Shown here piece after piece: positions 37,840-51,045 of a DNA stretch of 64,000 nucleotides. Below the pieces are notes generated by a model. The model saw nothing but the letters and a program-made list of their open reading frames with translations, was not told the DNA's origin and ran no database searches. The stretch is from contig NC_042998.1 of assembly GCF_006345805.1 (NCBI RefSeq), positions 205,654,001 to 205,718,000 of the forward strand, read 5' to 3'. Both the position numbers and the translations under genes were made by a program. The DNA comes from Octopus sinensis (lineage: Eukaryota). Position 1 is the first letter of the stretch; every line of letters begins with the position of its first letter.

Positions 37840-38215
37840 TACTAGCAGTATCGCCCGGCGTTGCTCGGGTTTGTAAGGGAAATAACTATAAAGCATTTTT
37901 AGAGAGTTATAGCCAAAAAATGGAAAAAAAATTATGGTAAATTTTTTTGAGAGTTAAAAAGGTCGAGTTGCGTCCCCTAGACAGTCTGTGGTTTGTGTTT
38001 CTGATTCTCGACCCCATGTCGAATTTATCGATTTTTTTCAGAACTGGGGGAACTTTTCAAAATTTTCGCTGCGTTAGTTTTGAATTATGACATTGGGCTA
38101 TGTGTGTGTCAAGTTTCATCAGAATCGGTTGAAAGCCGTGGTCAGGGTGAGGCTACAAGCAAACAGACACACAGAAACACGCACAGACAAACTGCCGTTT
38201 ATATATAGAGAGATA
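37840..38215 (-). mobile_element. Non-autonomous Helitron/Helentron-like element
   Basis: ACTAGCAGTATCGCCCGGCGTTGCTCGGG (hairpin + CTAG on minus) at one end, CAAGTTTCATCAGAATCGG...CAAACAGAC...TTATATATAGAGAGAT at the other. Family assignment is from recalled similarity. Confidence 0.65.
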
Positions 38216-38223
38216 TATAGATA

Positions 38224-38747
38224 CCGTAAATCTTCAAGTATAGTTTGCCCGTGAGTATAATACGCAGGGGATTTTTAGGGGGTTGTTTTTCTGAAAAACC
38301 TAAACCTTGTGTATAATACGCACCCTTTCTCTAACTTGAGTCGTGCGTAATTAAGCCAGCAGCACCTAGTGTAACAAACACTTCCGTGCATGCGTAATAC
38401 AATAATGGTGATGTTCTTAACTGTTATATGGGAATGTAAATATATTTGCAAATTGTTTATTTTTTACATGTTATTCTGTGTTCTGAATACTTGTATTTTA
38501 ATAAATGTTGCTTACTGCAAGTTATGGATGATTCTTTTATGATTTCATTGCTTTCATGCTTAGCTTAAGGTATTTTCACGTCCGACATCACAAAATGTGT
38601 CTGAATAAACTTTGCCGGAGAGCAAATAGAGCCTCAGACATTACTTAGAAAATATTTTTCTTTTTTAACCTTGTATATAGCACGCACGAGGGATTTTGAC
38701 CTTTATATTTTGGGAAAAAAGTGTGGATTATACTTGAGGATTTACCG
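38224..38747. mobile_element. Tc1/mariner (pogo/Tigger-like) MITE
   Basis: TA TSDs at 38222-38223 and 38748-38749; TIRs CCGTAAATCTTCAAGTATA / TATACTTGAGGATTTACCG (2 mismatches). Confidence 0.8.
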
Positions 38748-38779
38748 TATGCATATATATATATATATATATATTCGCA

Positions 38780-38893
38780 TATACACAAATATAAGAGAGT
38801 GACCACTATATGGTCGACTCTTGCGCTAAAAATAGATCTATTTTTAGCGCAAGAGTCGACCATATAGTGGTCACTCTCTTATATTTGTGTATA
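38780..38893. repeat. Perfect 114-bp spacer-less palindrome
   Basis: 57-bp arms, zero mismatches, centre AGA|TCT at 38836/38837. Confidence 0.95.
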
Positions 38894-39849
38894 AATTTTT
38901 ATTGTATCCCTGGTTTTTATGCGCTAAGCCACTTGGTGTTAAATTGATGGTATTATTAAATTAATATCCAATTTTTTCACCCTTATTTTTGATTATATTC
39001 GTGCATATATATATATATATGGCTTGCATAACACACGTAAATGTGCCTGTGTTGTGCCACATGAAACACTTAGGCAGCACCATGTCAAAGCACCCAGCAC
39101 ACTCTGTAAATGGTTGGTGTTCAGAAGGGCTTCCAACTGTAGAAACGATGCCAAATCTGGCTGGAGCCTGGTGCAGCTCCCTGGTCTGCCAGCTCTGATC
39201 AAATCGTCCAACCTAAGCCAGCATGGACAACAGATGTTATATGATGATGATATAGATAGGTATGTATATAATATATATGACTGTGTGTGTGTGTCTCTAT
39301 GTATGTATATGTATACGGACACAAACACACAATAATTGATTTTTATTTTTATTGCTGATTCATCTCAGAAAATAATTTTTTTTTAACCCTGGTCAACTCA
39401 AATTGAGTTTACCTGTGATCACAAGCACAGTGTATCTAGATGTACATCATTTAGTGTGTTCCTTGTTTAAGATATTAGTGTGATTTATGAGAGATTTTGC
39501 TCCTATTTTCCAGCAGGTTCTCCTGCCATCTAAAGGGTGTGTCTGTGTGTGCGACATGTTAGTGATAGTTAGAGGTGGTGGCCATGTCTCTGATGGCATG
39601 ATAGGAACTTCCTTTCTGTGGCCCTCAGCGCCCCTAGCCATTTCTCTCATGACAGACAGAGCGGATATCCATTATTTCTTTTCCATTGAAGTGGATGGCC
39701 TTTTACGAATGAGTTGTTCCTGATTTCCCAGACATCTGTCAGCTTTACAATGCTGTCAGCTGTAGGCTTGTCACATGTCCTCCACTCACCACTAATTGCA
39801 AACCAGTCCTACTTTGCCAGCCAAAACATGTATCATATACACATACACA

Positions 39850-39896
<47 letters not shown>

Positions 39897-40254
39897 CAGA
39901 ACAGCCTATGTTATTTAGCACAAAAGTCTGTTATTTCCTTTTTCTTTTCCTTCCTTTAGTTGTGGACTGAAGGCTGTGGTCATGCTGGAGCACTACCACA
40001 GTTTTGTTTCGAACTCAATTTATTAGACTGTGGCCATGCTGGGGCACCATCTTGAAGAACTTTAGTTGAACAAATCAACCCTATTTTTTAAGCCTGGAAC
40101 CTATTCTATTGGTCTCTTTTGCCAAGCCACTAAGTTACAGGGGACATAAACATGCCAACACTGGTTGTCAAATGGTGGTAGGGAACAAACACACACACAC
40201 ACACACATAAATATATACATATGCATATACATACATATACAGGCATATACATAT

Positions 40255-40740
40255 ATAAGAATCTCAGTCAAATTGAAATCAAAATGGAAATTGTAGTTGT
40301 GGCCAATGCCAGTGCCGCCTGACTGGCTCCTGTGCTGGTGGCATGCAATAAGCACCATTCGTGCATGGGTCGTTGTCAGTGCCACCAGGACTGGCTCCCT
40401 GTGCTGGTGGCATGTAAAAAGCACAATCCGAATGTGGTCGATGCCAGCCCCCTTGCCCTGACTGGCTCCTGTGCTGGTAGCACATAAGAAGCACCATCCG
40501 GACCATGGCGGATACCAGTGCTGCTTGACTGGCTCCCGTACTGGTGATACATAAAAAGCACCCACTGCACTCTCGGAGTGGTAGGCGCTAGGAAGAGCAT
40601 CCACCAGTAGAAATATTACCAGATCAGATTGGAGCCTGGTGCAGCCTTCTGGCTTGCCAGCCCTCAGTCACAAAACCGTCCAACCCATGTCAGCATGGAA
40701 AACAGACTTTAAACAACGATGATGATGATTATGACGATGA
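40255..40740 (+). mobile_element. RTE 3' UTR/tail fragment next to a partial family A SINE (40021-40230, minus)
   Basis: Tandem GGCTCCTGTGCTGGTGGCA subrepeats, AGCATGGAAA...AC(GAT)n tail. Similar tails at about 39040-39252, 48925-49418, 56280-56510, 58790-58980 and 62317-62660. Confidence 0.8.
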
Positions 40741-41879
40741 ATATACTCATATATGTGTGTGTGTGTGTGTATATATGCACACACACACACACATATGTAG
40801 ATATATATATATATATCAAGAAAACCTGGAACGAGGTGGTGAAGCACGACCTTTAATACAACAAACTATTGATTTCTTTGTTTTATATTTCAACTAATCC
40901 CAAAAGCTGGTGCATTTGTTTGCTGTGCAGCATCCCCTCCTCAAACCTGACTGCACCTGAACTTGAAACCCTTTACTTCCCCTCCTCAACCCTTCATGTC
41001 TTCTTCACCCAACATTCATCAACCACTTTTATAACAACAACAACAACAACCACTACTGATATTTCTTTGTTGTTGTGTGTCTGTGACAAGTGGTAAAACT
41101 CTACTGGAACGAATCTCTTCCATCCATGCCAAACCAGTTGATATCAATAATAATGGCAACGATATGCTTCTACCAGCAGCTCTGACATCTACATTGAATG
41201 AGGAATATAGAATTGCTGGTTTGTTTACTTCTTACTTTTTAAAATTCACACCAAACTCCACTCCTTGTGTCCTTCTTTAACAGCTGCCACCTTGCAGTTG
41301 ACCCCGTTTGCCCTTCTTTCAATTAATTTCGAGTTTGGTCAAATAACTTTCTCATAATTAAGTTGGTGTTCGGAATAGAAATCAACATGGAATTCTGATG
41401 GAAGGTTTTAATTTAGATTCCTTAAAAACAGGAAATTTGTATCAGAGAATCAAAGATGGTTCCAGGTGTGTGGCTCTCAAAATGGTTAAATATCTTTATC
41501 CAATCAACCCTGATTGAGAAAACTTCAACAGCATTCTAACCATGACAAGCCCTTTTTTATTATCAAGTGTAAGGCTCAGTATACTTTTCATAGGGTCTAT
41601 CCCCAAATCTCCTCAATTAAAATGAAATTTAGTCAAGACCTCATGCTGAAACCAAATTGGAAATTCTTATTGAAAACCACTTCATTTCAGGTGTGTGAAA
41701 AAAAATGAGGTAGTTTCATTTTTGATATCACATGGAACCAGGTTTCCTTCATACCAGATCAACTTGGTTGATGCCTTCAGAGTCCAACTAATTTCTCTCT
41801 TTAAAAACCCAGTTGACTAACATTTATTCTAGTTCAATTTTCCAATTCTCAGTAATGATTTGGAGGAACAAATTTAGAC

Positions 41880-42420
41880 ATAACAACAAAAATAAGCAAA
41901 ATTAATAAAAATAAAGGAACTGAACAATTTCATTCCAAATCTCTCTCTAGAAAATAGTGCTATTTTATTTTTGATGTAGCAACATCACAAATTGGTGTTG
42001 TTGATAGAACACCTTTCATATTGTCTTCAGGATCCACCCATTTTATTTTCAACTTCTCTTTTCACCAGAGGGTAAATTGTTATAAAAGACAACAGTATTT
42101 TTATCCCTTCCAACATGGTTTTGAAGACTTTTGTGGCTTTTTAAATCTAAAAGCATGACAGATGTTCCTTATTCCGAAATTCTGCAAGTCTTTCACTTTT
42201 AAAACAAAGTTTCAATAAATAAGTACATCTGCCAGTTCTTCAAAATCTGCAGATACATCAGCACCAACTGATAATGCATGAATCCAGTTCTGGGAACAAA
42301 TTACGGAACCTTTGTTTGACAAAATTCTTTGTATCTGACTCTTTGATGTTTCCACCTCTGATGTCTTGACAACTTTCTGAAAAGGTGTTCACCTTGTTTT
42401 GATCAAATTTCTACTTCTAG
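41880..42420 (-). pseudogene. Decayed pogo/Tigger-like transposase N-terminus
   Basis: Broken frames KVVKTSEVETSKSQIQRILSNK / FPELDSCIISW resemble CENP-B-type HTH motifs; many stops. Inference. Confidence 0.4.
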
Positions 42421-43624
42421 CGCAGAAGTGTGGATTCAAATACCCAAATGTTTTTCTTTGTTAAAATAACGAAATGCTGCCAAGCATTTTGCCCGTTCTG
42501 CTAATGATTCTGCCAGCTCCTCGCTGTCTTATAAGCACCAGCTTAATATATCAGGTTTAGCTGGAATAGAGAGAATAGAAATATTACATTTTCTAAAATA
42601 TCTCTGTTACAGAATTAATATTGAATTTAAACCACAGAAAATATTTGGAAAATAAAGAAAAACATTCCTGCATCATCCTTGAGTAGAAAATTGAAAAGTT
42701 TTGCCACCACAATGTAATGAGCCAATGTCTCGTCTGAAGCAGATTTTTATGTTGATTCTGCAGTTTATTAGAAATTATTTTTATACATTATTTATAATTA
42801 AACCTGTTTATTATATTATTTAAATAGGGATCATTGCCAAATTTTAAGTTATATAGTCCAAAAGTAAAATTAGTTGAAACAATTTTCTATTAAACTTCAA
42901 AATAGATCAAAACAAATCCAAATGCAAATATCCGGTTACTGTTGGTTTCCATGAACAGAGACCCCCCCCCCTTTGACACGTGATTCACTGGTGGAAGGGG
43001 ACTTAGAGATACCATGCTGTTTCAACCTTATTGTGTCTCCCCAGTGAGAGCCATGCCTGGATCAATGAATCTAACAAGAAGACAGGCTCTTGTTTATAAA
43101 AATAAGCTAACAGCAAAATATCTGCTGATAACTGAGAACCAGATAATAATCCATGGATTTCATGAGAAAGAGCGGGAATCCTAACAATAACAAGTCTGTT
43201 CATTCTTAACACTTTCTGCTTGATTCAAATATTGCCAGAACAAACAGAGACTTTATTTGGGCTGCGTGCACCTCACAAATTGTTTACTTTTTTATGTCAA
43301 AAAAGAAAGTAAAATATAAGGTTTAAAAAATGTTCAATACAATAAATAAAAAGTAAATTTCAATTTACATAAAATGTTAATTGGTTGAAATAAGTTATTA
43401 GGATATATTTTTCAAGATTTTTAGCTTTACAATTTTACTAAAAACGTATTTAATTTCTGATATTATTTTTTATTCCTCCTGCTGGTGAATTGTTTAACAT
43501 TACATCTGTGAATTATGTAAGTTAGGGTTCAAAGCATAAAAATATTCAACATGTCATTATACAAGAGACATTGTCTTGCTGCTGTGTTGTGTCTCTTATT
43601 TCTTATAAAGAAAATGCAAATGCT

Positions 43625-43797
43625 TTCCATTTACATTATTTACATTTGACGGATATTTGTCCTCATCTTGTTTGTTGTTAACACAATGTTTTGGCTGATA
43701 TACCCTCCAGCCTTCATCAGGTGTCTTGGGGAAATTTCGAACCTGGATTCTCATTCCTAAGGTATTTTTTGTTGTTGTTGTTGTTATTCAGGTCACA
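43625..43797 (-). mobile_element. Family E element (HHR-tailed SINE), 5'-truncated, decayed
   Basis: Near-identical to 51113-51300; HHR at 43680-43725 has GAAA changed to AAAA and CG to CA. Confidence 0.85.
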
Positions 43798-43863
43798 AGC
43801 AGTTGTTCATGGTATAGACTACTGTCAAGTTATCTTTACAGTATAGATGTCGTATTCATGCAT

Positions 43864-44230
43864 AGAGGTGCAGTGGCCCAGTGGTTAGGGCAGCAGACTT
43901 GTGGTCATAGGATTGCGGTTTCGATTCCCAGACCAGGCGTTGTGTTTATTGAGTGAAAACACCTGAAGCTCCACAAGGCTCCAGCAGGGGTGGTGGTGGC
44001 AACCCTTGCTGTACCCTTCCACCACAACTTTCTCTCGCTCTTTCTTCCTGTTTCTGTTGTACCTGTATTTCAAAGGGCCAGCTTTGTCACACTGAATCTC
44101 CCCCAAGAACTACATTAAGGGTACACGTGTCTGTGGAGTGCTCAGCCACTTGCATGTTAATTTCACGAGCAGGCTGTTCCGTTGATCGGATCGGCCGGAA
44201 CCCTCGTCGTCGTAACCGACCGAGTGCCAT
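43864..44230 (+). mobile_element. Family D tRNA(Arg)-like SINE with alternative 3' module
   Basis: Head shared with 31381-31690; unrelated tail ending CCCTCGTCGTCGTAACCGAC. Confidence 0.75.
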
Positions 44231-44249
44231 GAGTATTCGTGCTATATTT

Positions 44250-44612
44250 ATCTTTTACTTGTTTCAGCCATTAGACTGCGCCCATGCTGGGGCATCACTT
44301 TGAAGAATTTTTTAGTTGAATGAATTGGCCCCAGTACTTTTTTCTTAAGCCTGGTACTTATTCTATTAGTCTCTTTTGCTGAACTGCTAAGTTACAGGGA
44401 CATAAACACACCAACACTGGTTGTCAAGTGGCAGTGGTGGGAGACAGACACACACACACACAATGGGCTTCTTTCAGTTTCTGTCTACCACATCGATTCA
44501 CAAGGCTTTGGTTGGCCCAAGGCTACAGTAGAAGACACTTGTCCAAGGTGCCATGCTGTGGGTCTGAACCCAGAACCATGTGGTTGGGAAGCAAATTTCT
44601 TACTACACATTT
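44250..44612 (-). mobile_element. Family A SINE (CpG-depleted)
   Basis: Same motif order as other copies. Confidence 0.8.
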
Positions 44613-45689
44613 ATATCGACACCTATGCACACAGCCCTGCTCTCACCTATATTATTTATATATTAAATCTTTAGTTAAATATATTCAGTGAGAATATTAT
44701 CTGCTGAATTTATATTGTATCAAAGTATTAATACTATTAAAGTATTTATATATTTAGTACGAGCAATTATATACATATATATTTTTTAATATATTATTAT
44801 TATTATAAGGAAATCAATATCAAAACTCCTCAGAAAGATATACAAGTGTGAAAAATAATTGTATTAAAAATATATAAATAAATATAAATATGTATAAAAA
44901 TATATGTAAATATGTATAAGTATAAATATATGTTGTGTATGATGTGGAGGGTTTTTATATAATTGAAGTCCAAAAGTATTATTCCTTTGGTCTTTTATTG
45001 TTCCTTTGGTGTCATCGAAGAATGCTTTCCATCTCATTTGTTAAATTAAGTCATTTGTTTTTTGAAGTAATGCTGAGGAGTTTAGATATTGATTTCCTAA
45101 TATTAATAATAATATATTATTAAAAAATATAAATGCTGTAGAGTCAATAGTTTTAAAGTGACCAAATTATTATTCTGTAAAATGTTCACACTTCATTTAA
45201 CATAAAATTATGTTTAAAATCTAGTTTTCCCCAACAGCAACGAAAACAAGCATAAAAATCAAGTGGAAAGGCGAATGTTTCACAACAAAAGGTATAAACA
45301 ACTAGAATTGGAATAAGAACCCTTTGTTTATGCCATCGCTACAAACCTGAACTCAAACAACACTAGTTCTGTGGAGTCTTGCAATAAAAAAACTCTTTGT
45401 TTCGGAATTAAATACACAAGAGTAGTCTCTAAGAATCTTTCTCTCATTTTACACATTCTTCCATAAAATTCTATGACTTCCCTGTGGAATGTCTCCTTTT
45501 TATGATGGTAGAATGTGATATGAGAGACATTTGATTTGTATTTTGAGAGAATCTAATGACCACTCCTCATTAGTAAACAATGACAAATTAGTCAAAAGTC
45601 CTTAATGGGAGCTGTTGGTCCATAACTCCACCTTCCTCTTCTGTTAGGTTATTTCTATTTTCAACTAAATTAACTATCCTTTAGAGGCC

Positions 45690-46560
45690 CTTTGTTGCCA
45701 GCAGAATTAAGAGCTCTCTGAACTTTGCCCAACCTAATCTTATTGTCACAGCTATGCTCTCAGAGCATCCACCTCTGCTACTAAGTTGGTTACCGAGATA
45801 ACAGAAGCTATCTACTAACTTAACCCCTCCCCCCCGCTCCAGTATTTGATGGAGTCTGTTTTCTGTACATTGTCAGTGTTTATTGCCCCTGTGCATCTTC
45901 CACATACAAAAGCTATTTTCCCAGTTAACCTTCCTCTAATATTGCTGCATCTCTTATGTGTCCCTAGCTTACACTGGGTACATCTTATGGAATTTCTACC
46001 TACGCCTTTTCTACATATCGAGCAGGGCCATCTACATGAAGGGATTTGTCTGCTTTCCTACTTAATAAGACTTTGGTTTTCGCTAAGTTAACTCTAAGGC
46101 CCTTTGATTCTAGACCTTGCTTCCCTACCTGGAACTTCTTCTCTAGTTCTGGTAGTGATTCAGCTATAAGAAGAACAAGGTCATCAGCATAGAAGAGCTC
46201 CCAGGGGTAACCTGTCTTGAATTCCTCTGTTATTGTCTGGAGGACTATGATGAACAAGAGGGGGTTGAGGACCAATCCTTGGTGAACCCCTACTTGTACC
46301 ATGAATTATTTGCTGTACTTGTTACCAACCCTAACCTTACTGATAGCATCCCTGTGCATGGCTTGTACAGCCCTCACAAGCCCCTCGTCTATCCCTAGTT
46401 TCCTCATTGACCACCAGATAAGGATCAAGGGACCTTGTCAAAGGCTTTCTCCAAGTCAACATAAGCCAAGTACAAAGGTTTCTCTTGCGGCTACCTTTCC
46501 AGAAATATGGCAGTGGTGCTTTTCCCTGGCACAAAACTGCTGCTATGATCGGCTGTTTCA
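45690..46560 (-). mobile_element. RTE LINE internal fragment (RT + PHD-like finger)
   Basis: VQVGVHQGLVLNPLLFIIVLQ, ELFYADDLVL, WPCSICRKGVGRNSIRCTQCKLGTHKRC; homologous to 12.2-13.2 kb. Confidence 0.88.
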
Positions 46561-47899
46561 CTTTTTCCATTATTGTAGCAGTGGTTGTTTGAGTTGCTAG
46601 AAATAGTAGCCATATATCTCTCCCTCAATACCCTTTTCCTTAGTCCTTTACATTATAAGTTCAAACCTGACAGACATCAAGTTTGCCTTTCATCCATTCA
46701 GGGTCAATAAAGTACCAATCGATGTGACTTAACTCTCCTCTAAAATTGCTGACCTTGTGCCAAAATTAGAAATTACTATGAGTAGTAGTAGTAGTAGTAG
46801 TGGTGATGGTAATATTAGCCGCATTATTATTATTATTATTATTATTTCAGCAATCTTATTGCAATTATTATCAAAGCAGCCAACTCATACCAACATAGGA
46901 ACACAGGCGCCACATGTTATTATTATTATCCCTCTTTCATCCTTTCGGGGTCGATAAAACAGGTGCCAGTTGAGTACTGGGGTCGATGTAATCAATTTAT
47001 CCTCTCCCACCCCCCAAAGTTTCAAGCCTTGTGCCTACCGCAGAAAGGATTATCATTCTCCCCCCCCCCCCGGTTGCTTTCATTACGTAAAACCCTTCAA
47101 CTCCCTCTCAACTGCTGACAGAAAAACTCTCTCAAATGGTTTTTCCTATTCTTTTCTCTTTGTTCTTCTCTCCACAACAAAATTACTGTCTGCTGCATAG
47201 TAGTACCTCTCTCTCTCTCCCCCCTTCATTCCCTTTCTTCCTCCTTCCTCTCTCTCTCCCCTTCAGTATCTCTCCCGTTCATTCTCTTTCTTCCTCCTAC
47301 CTCTCTCTCTCTCTCCCTTTCATTCTCTTTCCTACCTCATATCGCCCTCACTCTCTCCTATATACACACACACACACACACATATACACCCTGTATCGAT
47401 TCTACATACATCTGGCTGTTTTTCATTTGAACACATTATTTTCTTTGTTCGCTGATTAAAACTTATTCTTTCTGTCTTCATCTTCCACATCTGAAAACAT
47501 CAAAGCCTTTCTATAACAATCATTTCTATTGTTTTGTTTTTCTTCTGTTTTTATTTAATTTGGTTGATTTTTGTTTCAGCAGATATTTCACAATTTTCTG
47601 GGATCCATGAACCTATGTCTAGATTATTATTATTGTTGTTGTTGTTGTTTTCCAGTTTGGGAAAATAACTTCAAAAATTTTTTAGATATTGACAACTTTC
47701 TAAAAGACGCGTTTCATAATAATAATCCTTTCTACATTAGGTACAGGGCCTGAAATTCTGGGGAAGGAGGCTTTTCAATTACTTCGACCCCCTCCCCCCA
47801 ATACTCGACTGGTACTTATCTCATTGGCCCTGAAAGGATGAAAAGTAAAGTTAAAACCTTGGTGGAATTTGAACTCAGAACATAAAGACACTAAATCTA

Positions 47900-48560
47900 A
47901 AGGGTGAGATATCTCAAGGAAGACCTCCAAATGTCTGAAGAAATTCTGGCAGCCCCATCCCAGTTGGGGTGTATATAGGGGACTAGTCTAAAAGCACCAC
48001 CTTTGCTATTGCTCACATCCAGGACCACCATCTTAACATCTAAGTCTAAGAAGCACTTCCACCTCACCTCCCATTCCGGGCCAACTAAGTGATGAGAAGA
48101 TCTCAAAAGAAATTCTGGTTTTGCTGATGGCTGTCACATCTATAACTTGTGACCTGAGGTCACTGAGCAGGTGACCTTACCTGCAGGGCAACCCTTTTAA
48201 ACCCACCATGATGACCGGAGAGAATTTGGAGAAGAAACAAAGGGTGTTTACTTACCCACTGGGTACCACTGAATGTCAGGTGGTTCAACCTCTGTAATTG
48301 TTGGGGTTCTTTTGAGAACCCCCTTAAAATCCTACTCATGGCTTTTACATTAGGGGTTCCCAATTCATGAGGGAAGCTCTCCCTAATGTCATCATCAGTG
48401 TTTCTGGCATACGAATGGTGCTGGTGCCAAAGATCACATCCTCTCTCTCTCTCTGAAGGTCCTTCCTTTGTGCTATTAGAGGCCATCAGTTCTTTGTCAG
48501 CCCTCCTCATAAGCACGAAACTTTTTGCTTGTATGGTTGGTTGTTGTTGTTAGTTGTTGC
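47900..48560 (-). mobile_element. Old LINE remnant (ORF1-like and APE-like), possibly L1/Tx1
   Basis: NTDDDIRESFPHELGTPNVKAMSRIL and MVVLDVSNSKGGAFRLVPYI resemble ORF1/APE segments; clade is inference. Confidence 0.4.
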
Positions 48561-49876
48561 AGTTGTGGTCATGTTGGTAGAGTTGGTTGTCATGGTGATA
48601 TCTGTGTCGACGATTGTGCTGCTAGAGGGCTTGCTGATGCTGCTGGGTGTTTTTTCTGTTTTTTGGTGTGTGGGGGTGTGATGTTTTACCGTGTTTATTT
48701 TTGGCTCTTTTGGTTATGTGCCCCCCCCCTCTTTTTCACTGCATGATGCAGATGCATTTGTGTATGTGGTGAATCGAGGTTCAAGTCGAATATGCATTTG
48801 AGTTTAGAGGAGATGATGTGAGGGAAGGGCGTGGGAGAGTCCCTGGGTACTGTGCGTGTCTGTTATTATTATTCTTTCTGTTGCTGATCTGGTATTGGTG
48901 TTCTTCCAGCATTTGCTAACACCTGTTGAGGCAAGTGAAATCGAAATCAAAATTAAATTCGATGACTGGCACCTGTGCCAGTGGAGCGCTAAGAGTACCA
49001 TCCGAGCTTGATTGTTGCCAGAGCAACAAACTGGCTTCCTTGCCGGTGGCACGTAAAAAGCAACATTCAAGCGTGATCGTTACCTGCGTCGCCTTACTGG
49101 CACTTGTGCTAGTGGCACGTGAAAAAACATTTGAGTGAGGTCGTTGCCAGTGCCACTGGACTGGCTCCTGTGCAGGTGGCACATAAAAAGCACCATTTGA
49201 GTGTGGCCGTTGCCAGTACCACCTAACTGGCCCTCATGCCGGTGGCACGTAAAAGCACCCACTACACTCCCGGAGTGGTTGGCGTTAGGAAGGGCATCCA
49301 GCTGTAGAAGCTCTTCCAGATCAGATTGGAACCTGGTGCAGTCATCTGGTTCGCTGGACCCCAATCAAATCATCCAACCCATGCTAGCATGGAAAGTGAA
49401 CGTTAAACAATGATGATAATGTTCTTGTTGTTGGTGCCACTTTTAATGTTGATCATTGCTGGTTTAGTTGGCATTGTGACTTTTTACCCTCAACTCTAAC
49501 ATTTAGCTTTTCCCCTCCTGGAAGTGAACGAGGTCTGGGATCTTGGGGACTGTGTCTGGTTTAATTAGAGTAGCATCCCCGCACTGACCAGTTTTCACAA
49601 CAGGTTTATGTTGATCACTGGTTCAGTGTCACCTTTGCAGTACAGCATGACTAGGTATTGAGTGCAAAGGTGACCTGAGACAATATGCTCAGGGACAGGG
49701 GTCGTTATCATACAAGTTCTGATGAATCTCCAAAAGTACTAAGTCCCTCTCAGGCTGTATTTCATTGTGGTGACAGAGTTGCTATAAATGTGGAAGTTAC
49801 AATCACCTGACGACTTCCGACCCTGAGAAGTTTGAACATGCAAAGAAAGAAACACCTTTGATCCATAGGAATTAGT

Positions 49877-50190
49877 TTACTCTTTTACTTGTTTCAGTCG
49901 TTTGACTGCGGCCATGCTGGAGCACCGCCTTTAATCGAGCAACTCGACCCCGGGACTTATTCTTTTGTAAGCCCAGTACTTATTCTATCGTTCTCTTTTG
50001 CCGAACCGCTAAGTAATGGGGACATAAACACACCAGCATCGGTTGTCAAGCAATGCTAGGGGGACAAACACAGACACACAAACACACACACGCATATATA
50101 TATATATATATACATATATACGACGGGCTTCTTTCAGTTTCCGTCTACCAAATCCACTCACAAGGCCCGAGGCTATAGTAGAAGACACTT
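49877..50190 (-). mobile_element. Family A SINE, young, 5'-truncated
   Basis: Nearly identical to the 10021-10390 and 21953-22346 copies, CpGs retained. Confidence 0.88.
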
Positions 50191-50624
50191 TCCAGAGTTT
50201 TCCACAGTTTCCAGAGATTTGTTTTGAAAATTGTCTGTTCTTCAGTCCCAAGAGTTGATGATTGAGAAACCTAGCAGACCCATTGTAGCAGTAAAACTTT
50301 ATCTTTTGGTAATGAAGAGGAGATGAAAGCTGGAATGACAAACCATTGGATAAATCTCTCCCCACCCTCAAGGAAAATAGAAAACACTTGGAAGAAGAAG
50401 AAGCAAACAACAGATCTGAAGGATTCCAGAATGGTTTCCAAAAGAAATGGAAACGGCATCTCTAGGAGGAGGAAGAGTAAGAGGAGGTAGCAGTGTGAAT
50501 TAGACAAGCCTTATAAATCACTTCTTGGACTATTGTCTCTTTATAGGTGGTGGGGTTGGGGGTGGGGTGGGGGTGACTCTTTTCTCAGAAATGAAATATT
50601 TAAAGCAAGTATGTTTATAGCTTT

Positions 50625-51002
50625 TGCTTGTTTCAGTCATTAGACTGTGGCCATGCTGGGGCACTGCCTTGAAGAATTTTTAGTCAAATGAATTGATCCT
50701 AGCACCTTGTTTAAAGTTTGGTACTTATTCTGTCAGTCTCTTTTTGTTGAACTGCTAAGTTATAGGGACATAAACAAACCAACACCATTTGTCAAGTGGT
50801 GGTGGGAGGGGACAAACACAGTGACACACACACACACACATGATGGGCTTCTTTCGGTTTCCATCTACTAAATCCATTCACAAAGCTTTGGTTGGCCTGA
50901 AGCTATAGCAGAAGGCACTTGCTTAAGGTGTCACGCAGTAGGACTGAAGCCAGATCTATGTGGTTATGAAGCAAACTTCCTACCACACAGCCATGCCTGC
51001 AC
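50625..51002 (-). mobile_element. Family A SINE (CpG-depleted), head-to-head with the family E SINE
   Basis: Motif order conserved. Confidence 0.8.
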
Positions 51003-51045
51003 CCATCATCAATTTTTAATAATCTGTAAAGCAAAATATGCCCAC

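Noticed and set aside
41077-41280. 67-aa ORF and similar short ORFs at 43003-43212 and 55100-55330
   Set aside because: No homology recognised, weak splice sites, and not needed for the FATP frame.
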